Virus record (IMG/VR): IMGVR_UViG_3300029268_002499
Coordinates: 765-64,764 of that record
DNA length: 64,000 bases
Origin: a virus
Lineage: Duplodnaviria; Caudoviricetes
Strand: one strand, 5' to 3'
Made by a program: the position numbers and the translations under genes. Within the stretch, counting starts at the first letter, position 1. The number at the start of each line of letters is the position of its first letter. Positions 23,009 through 31,406 of this stretch are shown one piece after another. The notes under the pieces were generated by a model, which saw only the letters and a list, made by a program, of their open reading frames with translations, ran no database searches and had not been told where the DNA came from.

Positions 23009-23947
23009 ATGTTCTTTTTTAAAAAATATAGGGAGGTTTATTTTATGAAAGAATTAGAGGAGATGAAAGATCATGATTTATCTGTGGATCTATCGCTATC
23101 AGTTTATATAATATATGCGATATATGAGTGGGGGGAACTATCGCAAAAAATGATGAATTTGAAGATTTTTCGGCATGAAGATCACAGAAAGATCAATCCA
23201 GTTAGCACAAGATTATTTTTTGAATGGAGGTATGGGCATATTCCTAAAATATTTGAAAAATTTACGAGTGATATGATCTCCACAATTTTTTCATCAATAC
23301 ATGGAAAATTAAAAAAGAAAAATTTGGCTAAAGCCTTTGGAATTCCTGACTCAGATATAACAAGGGGAAATTTCTATGCATTTCATCCTGAATTCTACAA
23401 TATGCCAATATCACAAATTTTTAAAATAGTTTTTCCTAGAACATCATACGCCGATCCTAATTTGGGATGTCTCGAAAATGAACAATTTAATGAAAAAAAT
23501 AGAATTTATCGAGATGAAAAAATAATGATCACAGATTTTGAATCTATCCCCCCCTGGAGGCGGAGGACAGAACCCCTTCCAGAAGAAGTTATTTCTTCCT
23601 CCAGAAATCGAACAAATAAAAAGTCTAACAAACTGCACGAAATAGAAGTTGCTCCACCAGTAGTCCCTGTTCTTCCTGAATTACCCAAAAATGGGAATTC
23701 TTCTGCTAATGAGATGATTCCAATTAGTTCATTAGGTTCTGAAAAATACGTAGAGGAGTTTCGGTCGGAACAAAATAAGTTTCGCCCTAAACCTTTGGTA
23801 ACATCAACACCAACGGTTTTGGATAACTTCGAAGCGGTTCTTCATACTCTTACAAAAAATAAATACAGGGTAAAAAGATTCCTATTAACAACAGCGACAG
23901 CAGAATTTTTTCTGAAAGACTCTAAGAAGGAGAGAACAGATGATTGA
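23009..23947 (+). CDS. hypothetical early protein
   Basis: Long ORF after the early motif; start may be ATG 23045 (GGAGG RBS). Confidence 0.75.
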   Translation: MFFFKKYREVYFMKELEEMKDHDLSVDLSLSVYIIYAIYEWGELSQKMMNLKIFRHEDHRKINPVSTRLFFEWRYGHIPKIFEKFTSDMISTIFSSIHGKLKKKNLAKAFGIPDSDITRGNFYAFHPEFYNMPISQIFKIVFPRTSYADPNLGCLENEQFNEKNRIYRDEKIMITDFESIPPWRRRTEPLPEEVISSSRNRTNKKSNKLHEIEVAPPVVPVLPELPKNGNSSANEMIPISSLGSEKYVEEFRSEQNKFRPKPLVTSTPTVLDNFEAVLHTLTKNKYRVKRFLLTTATAEFFLKDSKKERTDD

Positions 23948-24243
23948 AAATTTAAAAGCAGAAATCGTCAGGATGATTAAAAAAGAAGACATGTTTGATA
24001 TCCTGGTGACATCAGAGGAGGGGAAGGGAAGCCATTGCGTATACTGTCCAATCTGCTCATATACGGATATACTACTTGTAGGAAAAAAAACAATGGAAAA
24101 TGGGGAAATCGTAAAATCAGTTCTCCATTACCATGTTCCAAAGAATGGTGAAGAGTATACTGTATGTAGATGTGGTGTAAAATCCATTCTAATAGATCCA
24201 AAATTAGTAATTCCGGAACAATATAGATAAATACTGCGGGTTA

Positions 24244-24300
24244 GACATTTGGACTTCATTTTTAAATAGAACAAATATTTAAAAATGGAGTTCAAATGTT
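24244..24300 (+). promoter_or_regulatory. RBS-sequestering hairpin with late motif as loop
   Basis: 24-bp stem ACATTTGGACTTCATTTTTAAATA / TATTTAAAAATGGAGTTCAAATGT (G-U pairs), loop GAACAAA. Confidence 0.8.
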
Positions 24301-25221
24301 ATGATATGCGATTATGGATGTGGAAGAGAAGCAAAATATACATTCAAAAATGGAAAGTATTGTTGTGAAAGTTGGGTTTCATATTGTCCAAAACAAAAAG
24401 AAAAAAATAAAAAAGGACAAGTTAAAAGATATTCACTTGATCCGAAAACAAGAAAAAATAAAATTGGAAATTGTGAATATTGTAACAAAGAACATGATGG
24501 AACTTATGCGAGTGGAAGATTTTGTTCTAAGAAATGTGCAAGAAAATATTCATCTAATATACACAGAGAAATGATAAATGAAAAAGTCTCTGCAACTTTA
24601 AGAAATGAGAAGTATAACAAAGAAAAACACATCTACAATTTAACATGCTTATGTTGCGAAAATTCATTTCAAAAAGAAATACATATTTCATCATACGAGC
24701 AAAAAAGATTTATTGCGATATGTGATAAATGTAAAAAAACAGCAAGGGAAACTGATTTAGATAATTTAGCTTTCAGATTTTGGTTAAAATTTAAGAAACA
24801 ACAAAGAACTGTTGATGAAAAAATAAATAAACTTTCTTGGGATGAATTACCACATGCAAGAAAAAGAAAAAAAGTTCTTGAAGAACAAAACTACAAATGT
24901 AGTACATGTGGAATTGAAGAATGGAATGGTAAATTAATAACTCTTAGCCTCCATCATAAAGATGGAAATAATAAAAATAATAGTAGAGAAAATCTTCAAT
25001 TCTTATGCCCAAATTGTCATACACAAACTGAGACATATGGTATAAAAAGTTTAATAAAAAGGAACCCTTCTGCTGTTGGAAAAAAACAAGTTTCAGATGA
25101 AGATTTATTAAAATATCTTCTTGAAAGTAAAAGTATTATTGCTGGGGTTCGTAAGGCAGGAATAACAGATACAAGAAGAGCAAAAAGATTGCTTAATAAA
25201 TATTTTTCATTAAATAAATGA
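24301..25221 (+). mobile_element. HNH homing endonuclease
   Basis: C..CG...LHHKDGN..NN..ENL..LCPNCH.QT; N-terminal CDYGCG motif shared with 18909. Confidence 0.9.
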
Positions 25222-25295
25222 TGCGCGATGGTGTAACAGAAACACGATGGTCTCATAAGCCATAACTCCCAGTGCAACTCTGGGTTGCGCAACCA
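25222..25295 (+). tRNA. tRNA-Met(CAT)
   Basis: Acceptor TGCGCGA/TTGCGCA, D stem GTGT/ACAC, anticodon arm ATGGT-CTCATAA-GCCAT, T stem CCCAG/CTGGG, ACCA end; Ile2 identity not excluded. Confidence 0.85.
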
Positions 25296-25296
25296 A

Positions 25297-25386
25297 TATT
25301 TGATGGGAGTCGAACACCATCAAATGCAGATCACCAGACAGGTCTGTGTACCTCCTGAATGTCGGCGGGGTAGCCGTTGTCTGGAA
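25297..25386 (+). ncRNA. unclassified double-pseudoknot structured RNA, copy 1
   Basis: Near-identical to 26022-26119 with pairing-preserving differences. Confidence 0.7.
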
Positions 25387-25489
25387 CTCAAAACAATACT
25401 TTTCCTTGCTAGGGATTAATCAACAAAATGTAACAAATAATAAAGATGATATGTTGTATCTTCTTTACTAAAAATAGCGAGGATTAAAA

Positions 25490-26020
25490 ATGAAAAAAGA
25501 AAAATTGGTCGATGGGTATCTGGTTTATCTAAAAGAAGATGAACCTAAGTATGGTTTTTTTAGAGGAATTCACAAAGCAGTCAAGAGTTTTGGAAATGCC
25601 GCAGGAACCGCTGGGGAGACAATGGATCGGGGGCAAGCTGGAATGGCAGAATTAAACAAAAAAATTGATGCAGTAGTTGCAAAAATGCCTGAAATCAGAA
25701 AATATCTACAGTGGATAGGGATAGGTGTTGTATCAATTATTGGGTTAGCAGTTTTTTTGAAGATTGTAAAAGCCGTTGTTCTTAATTCAAGAAAATGCTA
25801 TAGAGTTTGTAAAACAAAGTCCAACGATTCACTAAGTAAAATATGCATGTTGAATTGCAAAATTATGATTGCAAAACAAACAATTGCGGCATTAAAACAA
25901 GCTTGTGCATCAAGTAAAAATCCTGAAAAATGCAAAGCTAAAACTGAAAAGAAAATTGCGGCTCTCGAGAAAAAGATTGCAGAACTGCAAAAGAAAGTTT
26001 CATATTATAAAGTAAATTAA
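25490..26020 (+). CDS. membrane/virion-associated protein with Cys-paired C-terminus
   Basis: LVDGYLVYLKE leader, one TM helix, C...C...C...C; AACAAATAATAAA upstream. Confidence 0.6.
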   Translation: MKKEKLVDGYLVYLKEDEPKYGFFRGIHKAVKSFGNAAGTAGETMDRGQAGMAELNKKIDAVVAKMPEIRKYLQWIGIGVVSIIGLAVFLKIVKAVVLNSRKCYRVCKTKSNDSLSKICMLNCKIMIAKQTIAALKQACASSKNPEKCKAKTEKKIAALEKKIAELQKKVSYYKVN

Positions 26021-26021
26021 G

Positions 26022-26119
26022 TATTTGATGAGTTCACCCCCTCATCAAATGCAGACCACCAGATAGGTCTGTCAGCCTCCTTTTTATTTTTAATCCGGTG
26101 GGGTAGCCGTTGTCTGGAA
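26022..26119 (+). ncRNA. unclassified double-pseudoknot structured RNA, copy 2
   Basis: TATTTGATG..CATCAAAT GCAGACC A CCAGATA GGTCTGT..CCTCC..CGGT GGGGTA GCCG T TGTCTGG AA. Confidence 0.7.
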
Positions 26120-26128
26120 TCCAAATTT

Positions 26129-26515
26129 TTGTTTGAAAGGAGAAACACATTGCCCAAAGAAGGAGATGTTGTTTTAATTTATAGGGATAATAGACCAATG
26201 ACATTTGCCGAAATTCATGAGATAACATCAAACGAGAAAAAGAATTGGTGGAATGTAGATTTTATTGGTTTGTCGTTACCTCTAACAAAATTCACATGGA
26301 TTTTAAGAATGGAACAGTTAGACGGTGAAGATTTCACAATGGGAGGAACCCCAGTAAAAATAACTTCTTTAGAGAAGTTATTAAATGTACAAGATAAAAA
26401 AACTAAAGTTCTTGAAATACCAAAAAAGAAACAGGAAATAAAGAAGATGGGAAAGGTGATTCAATTAAGACCAAAAAAAGATGAACCACCAGAAGATGAA
26501 CCATTAATTGCTTAA
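26129..26515 (+). CDS. hypothetical protein
   Basis: GDVVLIY...W.V...L..P...TWILR.E...G..FTMGG; start probably TTG near 26150 after AGGAG. Confidence 0.65.
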   Translation: MFERRNTLPKEGDVVLIYRDNRPMTFAEIHEITSNEKKNWWNVDFIGLSLPLTKFTWILRMEQLDGEDFTMGGTPVKITSLEKLLNVQDKKTKVLEIPKKKQEIKKMGKVIQLRPKKDEPPEDEPLIA

Positions 26516-26522
26516 AGGTTAT

Positions 26523-26596
26523 TGGGAAATAGTTCAACAGCAGAACTCTGGCCTTTGACGCCAGCAATCTAGGGGCAGAACCTAGTTTCCCTGCCA
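26523..26596 (+). tRNA. tRNA-Gln(TTG)
   Basis: Anticodon arm CTGGC-CTTTGAC-GCCAG, T stem CTAGG/CCTAG with atypical loop GGCAGAA, GCCA end. Confidence 0.85.
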
Positions 26597-26606
26597 ACAA
26601 AATTTC

Positions 26607-26773
26607 TTGCGCTGCCTGTGAGTGGCCACCTGAAAATTACCAGACGATGGATAAAAGCAGCCACTTGACTCCATCGTCTGTACTACGTCAGGGAGATTAC
26701 CGTTTCGTAATGTCGGTCGAATAGAATGAGTGACTATGAATCCAACCATTCTATAAAAGTCTCTGGGCAGCAA
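26607..26773 (+). ncRNA. unclassified multi-branched RNA (~165 nt)
   Basis: Closing stem GCTGCCT/GGGCAGC; CAGACGATGGA/TCCATCGTCTG; ATAGAATG/CATTCTAT; CCTGA/TCAGG; GC-rich intergenic. Confidence 0.6.
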
Positions 26774-27564
26774 CTTTAAAAATAAAAAGGAGAGTGAAAA
26801 TGCTAGGAGCTTTAGCGATTATATGCACCACAATAGTTTTATTATTATTGATTTCTTGGGGTATTATGTATGCTACTCTGAATAAATGTAAACATAAATA
26901 TAATCCACCAGAAAATGGAATTCAAAAATGTATAAATTGTGGTGTTATACGTTATGATGAGTGTAACCATTCATGGAAAAGTATTGATGCTATAACTATA
27001 GGACCTACTATGGTTAATACTATACAATGTAAAAATTGTGGGGAAATCGTATATAGGACATTTAATTCACTAAAAGGAGAATAATTATGGGTTTCTTGAA
27101 TATGTTTGGAGGAAAACCAGGTTATGTTTGTATTCGCTCTAAAAAAGATCCTCGGTGGAATTATGGGGAAAGGGTGGAGTCTCTAGTTGTTATGGCGGGT
27201 ATACATCCTGTAATAACCGAAAAGATTGAAGAGCTAAAAAAATTCTATGGAGAACAGCCAGAGGATTTGGAATACAGTTGCATGAAAGATTAGAAGTACA
27301 CCATTCCCCTTATCATAAAAATAAGGGGGATTTAAAAAGACTACAAATACAAAGGAGAATAAATAATGATACAGAATATACAAGAACTTGCTTCAGAAGT
27401 TGCAAAAAGAGAAGGAAAAGAGTGTGAAGTAATAATTGGAAATGTTAGGGAAGTTTTAGCAATTATAAGCGATATGATTCATGAAGATCCGCATGTCGCT
27501 ACAATTTTGGAAGAAAATGGTTTCAGAAGGGAGAAAGAAAAATCTATAGAACCAAAGTAATTAT

Positions 27565-27634
27565 GCGGGGATAGCTCAACGATAGAGCCCACAGATTGTA
27601 CTGTGGAGATTCCTGTTAAACTCAGGATCCCCAC
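27565..27634 (+). pseudogene. degenerate tRNA (His-like)
   Basis: Cloverleaf GCGGGGA/TCCCCAC, GCTC/GAGC, TCCTG/CAGGA, but 6-nt anticodon loop ATTGTA, acceptor mismatch, no CCA. Confidence 0.6.
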
Positions 27635-27641
27635 TAAAAAT

Positions 27642-27716
27642 ACTCCTGTAATCTAACGGTTAGGATATCAGACCTTCAATCTGAGTATAGCAGTTCGATT
27701 CTGCTCGGGAGTGCCA
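27642..27716 (+). tRNA. tRNA-Glu(TTC)
   Basis: ACTCCTG/CGGGAGT, TCAGA-CCTTCAA-TCTGA (C33 instead of U33), TTCGATT, GCCA. Confidence 0.85.
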
Positions 27717-27789
27717 ATATTCCAAACACAGTAACAGATTTATTCATTTGTGTTAGGTGAATTCAACTACAAAAACGAAAGGAGAAATT

Positions 27790-28395
27790 ATGAGTAAAGT
27801 GATTTTTGAAATACAAGTAGAAATTGATGAGAAGTGCAGTATGAAAAAACATTATAGACCATATATCTGGGAAGATAGAAATTTATTGAGGGGGAAATGG
27901 TATAAACTGAAAGGAAAGAATAAATCTATAATGGTAACATCTTTAGAAACCTCAGATGTCGGTGTGCTTTTAATAAATGGTATTTCATCTAAAAGTTTTC
28001 TAAAGAACTATATTTGGGATAATGAAGATTTAAATGCGCCACATATATGTGGTATTGAAGTGGAAATTCCTGGGCCATCTTTAGATGATTTATACTCAAA
28101 AAGACAGCAATATATTTTTAATAAAATAATAGAATTGAATGTTTCAAAATTAAAGAAAGAATATAATGATATAGAAAGTTGTCTAGCAGATATTTCTTCC
28201 CATCAAGCATTTTGGACTACGAGAGAGCAAATTTTTGATTCTGTGACCTCTTTTGATGATAGAATATCTTTTAGTACTTTGTATAATGATCTAGTGTTTT
28301 TAGAAAGCTGTGGTTTGATAAAAAGTAAAAAACTATGTGGGCCTAAAAATAAAACTGGATATTTCGTTACAACATTTAAAATGGTTGATGAATAA
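27790..28395 (+). CDS. protein with C-terminal Fur-like winged helix
   Basis: ISFSTLYNDLVFLESCGLI resembles the Fur recognition helix; ATG 27790 has RBS. Confidence 0.55.
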   Translation: MSKVIFEIQVEIDEKCSMKKHYRPYIWEDRNLLRGKWYKLKGKNKSIMVTSLETSDVGVLLINGISSKSFLKNYIWDNEDLNAPHICGIEVEIPGPSLDDLYSKRQQYIFNKIIELNVSKLKKEYNDIESCLADISSHQAFWTTREQIFDSVTSFDDRISFSTLYNDLVFLESCGLIKSKKLCGPKNKTGYFVTTFKMVDE

Positions 28396-28423
28396 TTCAT
28401 CACTAGTACAATTTAAAAAATAT

Positions 28424-28502
28424 GGTGTGTTCGCCTAGTCTGGCCTATGGCACATGACTGTCTATCATGATTTCAGGAGTTCGAATCTCCTACACACCGC
28501 CA
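28424..28502 (+). tRNA. tRNA-Asp(GTC)
   Basis: GGTGTGT/ACACACC, CATGA-CTGTCTA-TCATG, TTCGAAT, GCCA. Confidence 0.92.
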
Positions 28503-28508
28503 AAATAT

Positions 28509-28584
28509 TCACCCTTAGCTCAGTTGGTAGAGCGAATGACTGTTAATCATTAGGTCCCTAGTTCGAGCCTAGGAGGGTGAGCCA
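28509..28584 (+). tRNA. tRNA-Asn(GTT)
   Basis: TCACCCT/AGGGTGA, AATGA-CTGTTAA-TCATT, TTCGAGC, GCCA. Confidence 0.95.
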
Positions 28585-28613
28585 AAATTAAACTTAAAAG
28601 AGGATCTATAAAA

Positions 28614-28874
28614 ATGAGTCTTTTACAAAAGTATTTAAAATTATTAACTGAAGGATACAAGCAAAGTACCATTAGAAGAACAAGACAAAATAAAATTAAT
28701 TCATCGACTGGAACTATTGCTGTATCAATGGCCAGAGAAAAGAATGACTCTCTTTATCGCAGAATGATTATGTACAAGAAACTATACATCATGGCCAAAA
28801 AACAACTAGAGAGAAAATATCGTTCAAAGTCTACACAAAGAGCGAGAAAGTTAGCATCAGGAACAAGAAAATAA
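28614..28874 (+). CDS. small basic putative internal head protein
   Basis: LLQKYLKLLTE leader; highly basic. Confidence 0.5.
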   Translation: MSLLQKYLKLLTEGYKQSTIRRTRQNKINSSTGTIAVSMAREKNDSLYRRMIMYKKLYIMAKKQLERKYRSKSTQRARKLASGTRK

Positions 28875-29075
28875 ATGTACAGAAGGAGGTGAATTATGGA
28901 TTTTAAAGAATTAACAGCACAAGATATTCTTAGAGTTCTAGTTAAGCAACAATTCTATGAATTTTATGAAGGACCTTTTGTAAAATATATAGAAGGTGAA
29001 CCTGATGCAAAAACCAAAGAAGAAATTTTGAAAGAGATCGAATCTCTTTTTAATTTTTAAATTTGGAGGTGAATT

Positions 29076-29606
29076 GTGAAACTAGCGATTGTTGATGGAA
29101 TTGAAGCGAGCCCATGTTTAGGATGCGGATATTGCTGTCTTCAGGCACAATGTGGATTATCCGTAAGAGTTCATACTTATAAAGAAATATGTCCATCTTT
29201 ATACTGGGGTGAAGCACGAAAAAGGCATTTATGCAGAGCAGTTGAAGGAGATTTGATAGTAACCAATGGAAAAGAATTATCTATTGGTGAAGGTTGTTGC
29301 AGTCCTCTAAATTCCTGGAGAAAAGAAATCAAAAATAGAATTCCAGAAAAACTCGCGTACGTAAATTCTAAAAATATAAACAAAATCAATTTCGATAAAT
29401 TTTTTCAAGAGTTTGTATTTATTCTTGGAAAACAGTGGCTATCAGGAGATGTTGTGGCATTAACTTTAGCAGCTTATAAAAGAAGCATTATCGAAAAATT
29501 CGGAATATCTGATAGAGACGCATCTCAATTATGCAAAAGAATTCATCACATAATGAGAGAACAACAATCTTCTTTTGTGAAAGGATTCATTGGTGAAATA
29601 GATTAA
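29076..29606 (+). CDS. CxxCxxCC (YkgJ-like) Fe-S/Zn-binding protein
   Basis: CLGCGYCC...C...CP.L...C...GCC. Confidence 0.55.
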   Translation: MKLAIVDGIEASPCLGCGYCCLQAQCGLSVRVHTYKEICPSLYWGEARKRHLCRAVEGDLIVTNGKELSIGEGCCSPLNSWRKEIKNRIPEKLAYVNSKNINKINFDKFFQEFVFILGKQWLSGDVVALTLAAYKRSIIEKFGISDRDASQLCKRIHHIMREQQSSFVKGFIGEID

Positions 29607-29611
29607 ATTAT

Positions 29612-29685
29612 GGCACTGGGTGGGAGGTCGCGCGAACAGTACCCAATCAAACTTTGGAATACTTCGAGCCCATCTGGTGCCGCCA
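29612..29685 (+). ncRNA. tRNA-like RNA with 13-bp terminal stem and GCCA end
   Basis: GGCACTGGGTGGG pairs with CCCATCTGGTGCC, followed by GCCA; inner hairpin AGTA.CCAA/TTGG..TACT; no cloverleaf. Confidence 0.6.
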
Positions 29686-29699
29686 AATAATTATATTAT

Positions 29700-29773
29700 C
29701 TAGCTGTAGCTGAGGAGATTAGCACGCGGTTTGGGGCCGTGAGACGCTGGTGCGATTCCAGCCAGCTGGACCA
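29700..29773 (+). tRNA. tRNA-Pro(TGG)
   Basis: CTAGCTG/CAGCTGG, CGCGG-TTTGGGG-CCGTG, GCTGG/CCAGC, ACCA. Confidence 0.9.
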
Positions 29774-30140
29774 TCAAATCTTTTTAAAAGGAGAAAAAAT
29801 GATAACGTGGAAATGTAAAGATTGTGAATTTAAGTGTACTCTAGTCTCTGGTAGTGCCTCATCCTCTCCTATATCATGCCCATACAACTATAGTAATTCA
29901 GATTGGATGTGCACTGAGGTTTTAGATGATATGCTAAATCCCATAAGAGAAGTAATTGATTCTAAATATAAAATAAAATGGGGGGACAAATTTTTTGATG
30001 AATTTACTGTCGAAGTTTTTGGGGTTCCAGTTGAGCAACATTTAAATTTTTATAGAATAACAAGAGAAGCAAGAGAGAAACTAAAACCAAAATTTGAAAA
30101 TAATATATTGTATATATTTTTAGATGTTCCTAAATAAAAA

Positions 30141-30500
30141 ATGAAGGAGAATAACATGGAAGAAACAATCGAAAAGAGGGGGGCGTTTTTAGAGAGCCTA
30201 CAAAGAAATAACAAACAGATCCGGTTAGATCGAGCTCAAGCAATTGGAGATGACACACAACTGGGATACAAAAGGGCAGTTGAAGATCTTGAATTGAGTA
30301 TTAAAAAGATGAGGAGAGAGCAAGAAAACATGCTAGACCTAAGTCCTACTAACGCTCAGAGTCTTGTATTGGCGAGTGATTTCGATTCTAATGCTTATAT
30401 AGCAAAAGATATCGAAATCGGAGTCAAAATCAGGAATGCTGAAATTAAACTAGAAATTGCAAAAGCGAGGTATGGTTATCTCTTTGGAAAGGAGGTTTAA
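30141..30500 (+). CDS. coiled-coil protein at head of vWA-PurA cluster
   Basis: Heptad-rich; translationally coupled to the vWA gene. Confidence 0.7.
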   Translation: MKENNMEETIEKRGAFLESLQRNNKQIRLDRAQAIGDDTQLGYKRAVEDLELSIKKMRREQENMLDLSPTNAQSLVLASDFDSNAYIAKDIEIGVKIRNAEIKLEIAKARYGYLFGKEV

Positions 30501-30501
30501 T

Positions 30502-31398
30502 ATGGGGCATGGCGGATATTCATCGACGTGGGACAACTCAAAAGGTTCTTATTCTTATGATTCTAGTATTAGAGATTTAAGAGCAAAGGACAGAGGATTC
30601 TATACAAAAAGTAGAACAGAAATATTTAACTCAAAAAACATCAACAGTTCAATGAACCCTTATGGGGTGCAGATAAGAGAATCAAGAGATTCTATAGAAC
30701 ACCCAAACTCAGTTCCAATAATTATTGGTATTGACGTAACTGGATCCATGGGATCTGTTCCTCATTATCTAGTAAAAGAGGGACTCCCAAAGATAATGGA
30801 AAAGATTATTCTAAATGGAATATTAGACCCTCAAGTTTTGTTTGTAGCAATCGGAGATCATGAATGTGATAATAGCCCACTTCAGATAGGGCAATTTGAA
30901 TCTTCTGACTCTTCTCTTGACAAATGGCTAACGGATACCTGGTTAGAAGGTGGCGGGGGAGGAAATGCTGGTGAGTCTTATTTATTGGCGTGGTATTTTG
31001 CAGCAAATCACACTGCAATAGACAGTCTTGAAAAAAGAGGAAGAAAAGGATTTTTATTCACAATTGGGGATGAACCAGTTCTTTCAGAAATTCCATCATC
31101 TGCGCTGAAAGGAATAATGGGCATCGATCAGCCTCAAAGTTATACAGCGCAACAGTTATATGAAAAAGCGAAAGAAAAATATCACGTTTATCATATTCAT
31201 ATAAAAGAAACTTCTTCTGGAAGTAGACAAAGAGTGATAGATGAATGGAAACAGTTGCTTTCAGATAATTTGTTGGTTGCAAATAGACACACAGAAGTTT
31301 CTGGAATTATTTCAGAAATTATTTTAAAAGAAAAGGATTCAATTGTTTCTGGTATTTCTACCCCTTCAATTCATGATTCTGTAGAGGAAATGTTGTAG
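30502..31398 (+). CDS. von Willebrand factor A domain protein
   Basis: MIDAS DVTGSMG, GGGGN.GESY, F.IGDE; start at ATG 30502 (AGGAGG RBS). Confidence 0.85.
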   Translation: MGHGGYSSTWDNSKGSYSYDSSIRDLRAKDRGFYTKSRTEIFNSKNINSSMNPYGVQIRESRDSIEHPNSVPIIIGIDVTGSMGSVPHYLVKEGLPKIMEKIILNGILDPQVLFVAIGDHECDNSPLQIGQFESSDSSLDKWLTDTWLEGGGGGNAGESYLLAWYFAANHTAIDSLEKRGRKGFLFTIGDEPVLSEIPSSALKGIMGIDQPQSYTAQQLYEKAKEKYHVYHIHIKETSSGSRQRVIDEWKQLLSDNLLVANRHTEVSGIISEIILKEKDSIVSGISTPSIHDSVEEML

Positions 31399-31406
31399 GA
31401 GTTAAA

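Noticed and set aside
25297-25386. Theta/HDV-like ribozyme at the tRNA 3' end
   Set aside because: Helix order lacks the P1-P2-P3-P1.1-P4 nesting and J4/2 catalytic C on either strand; kept as unclassified RNA
27565-27634. Functional tRNA-Tyr/Thr/His
   Set aside because: 6-nt anticodon loop, acceptor mismatch and no CCA; treated as a pseudogene
29612-29685. tRNA-Sec (TCA in the inner loop)
   Set aside because: No D, T or long variable arms, and TCA is not centred in the loop
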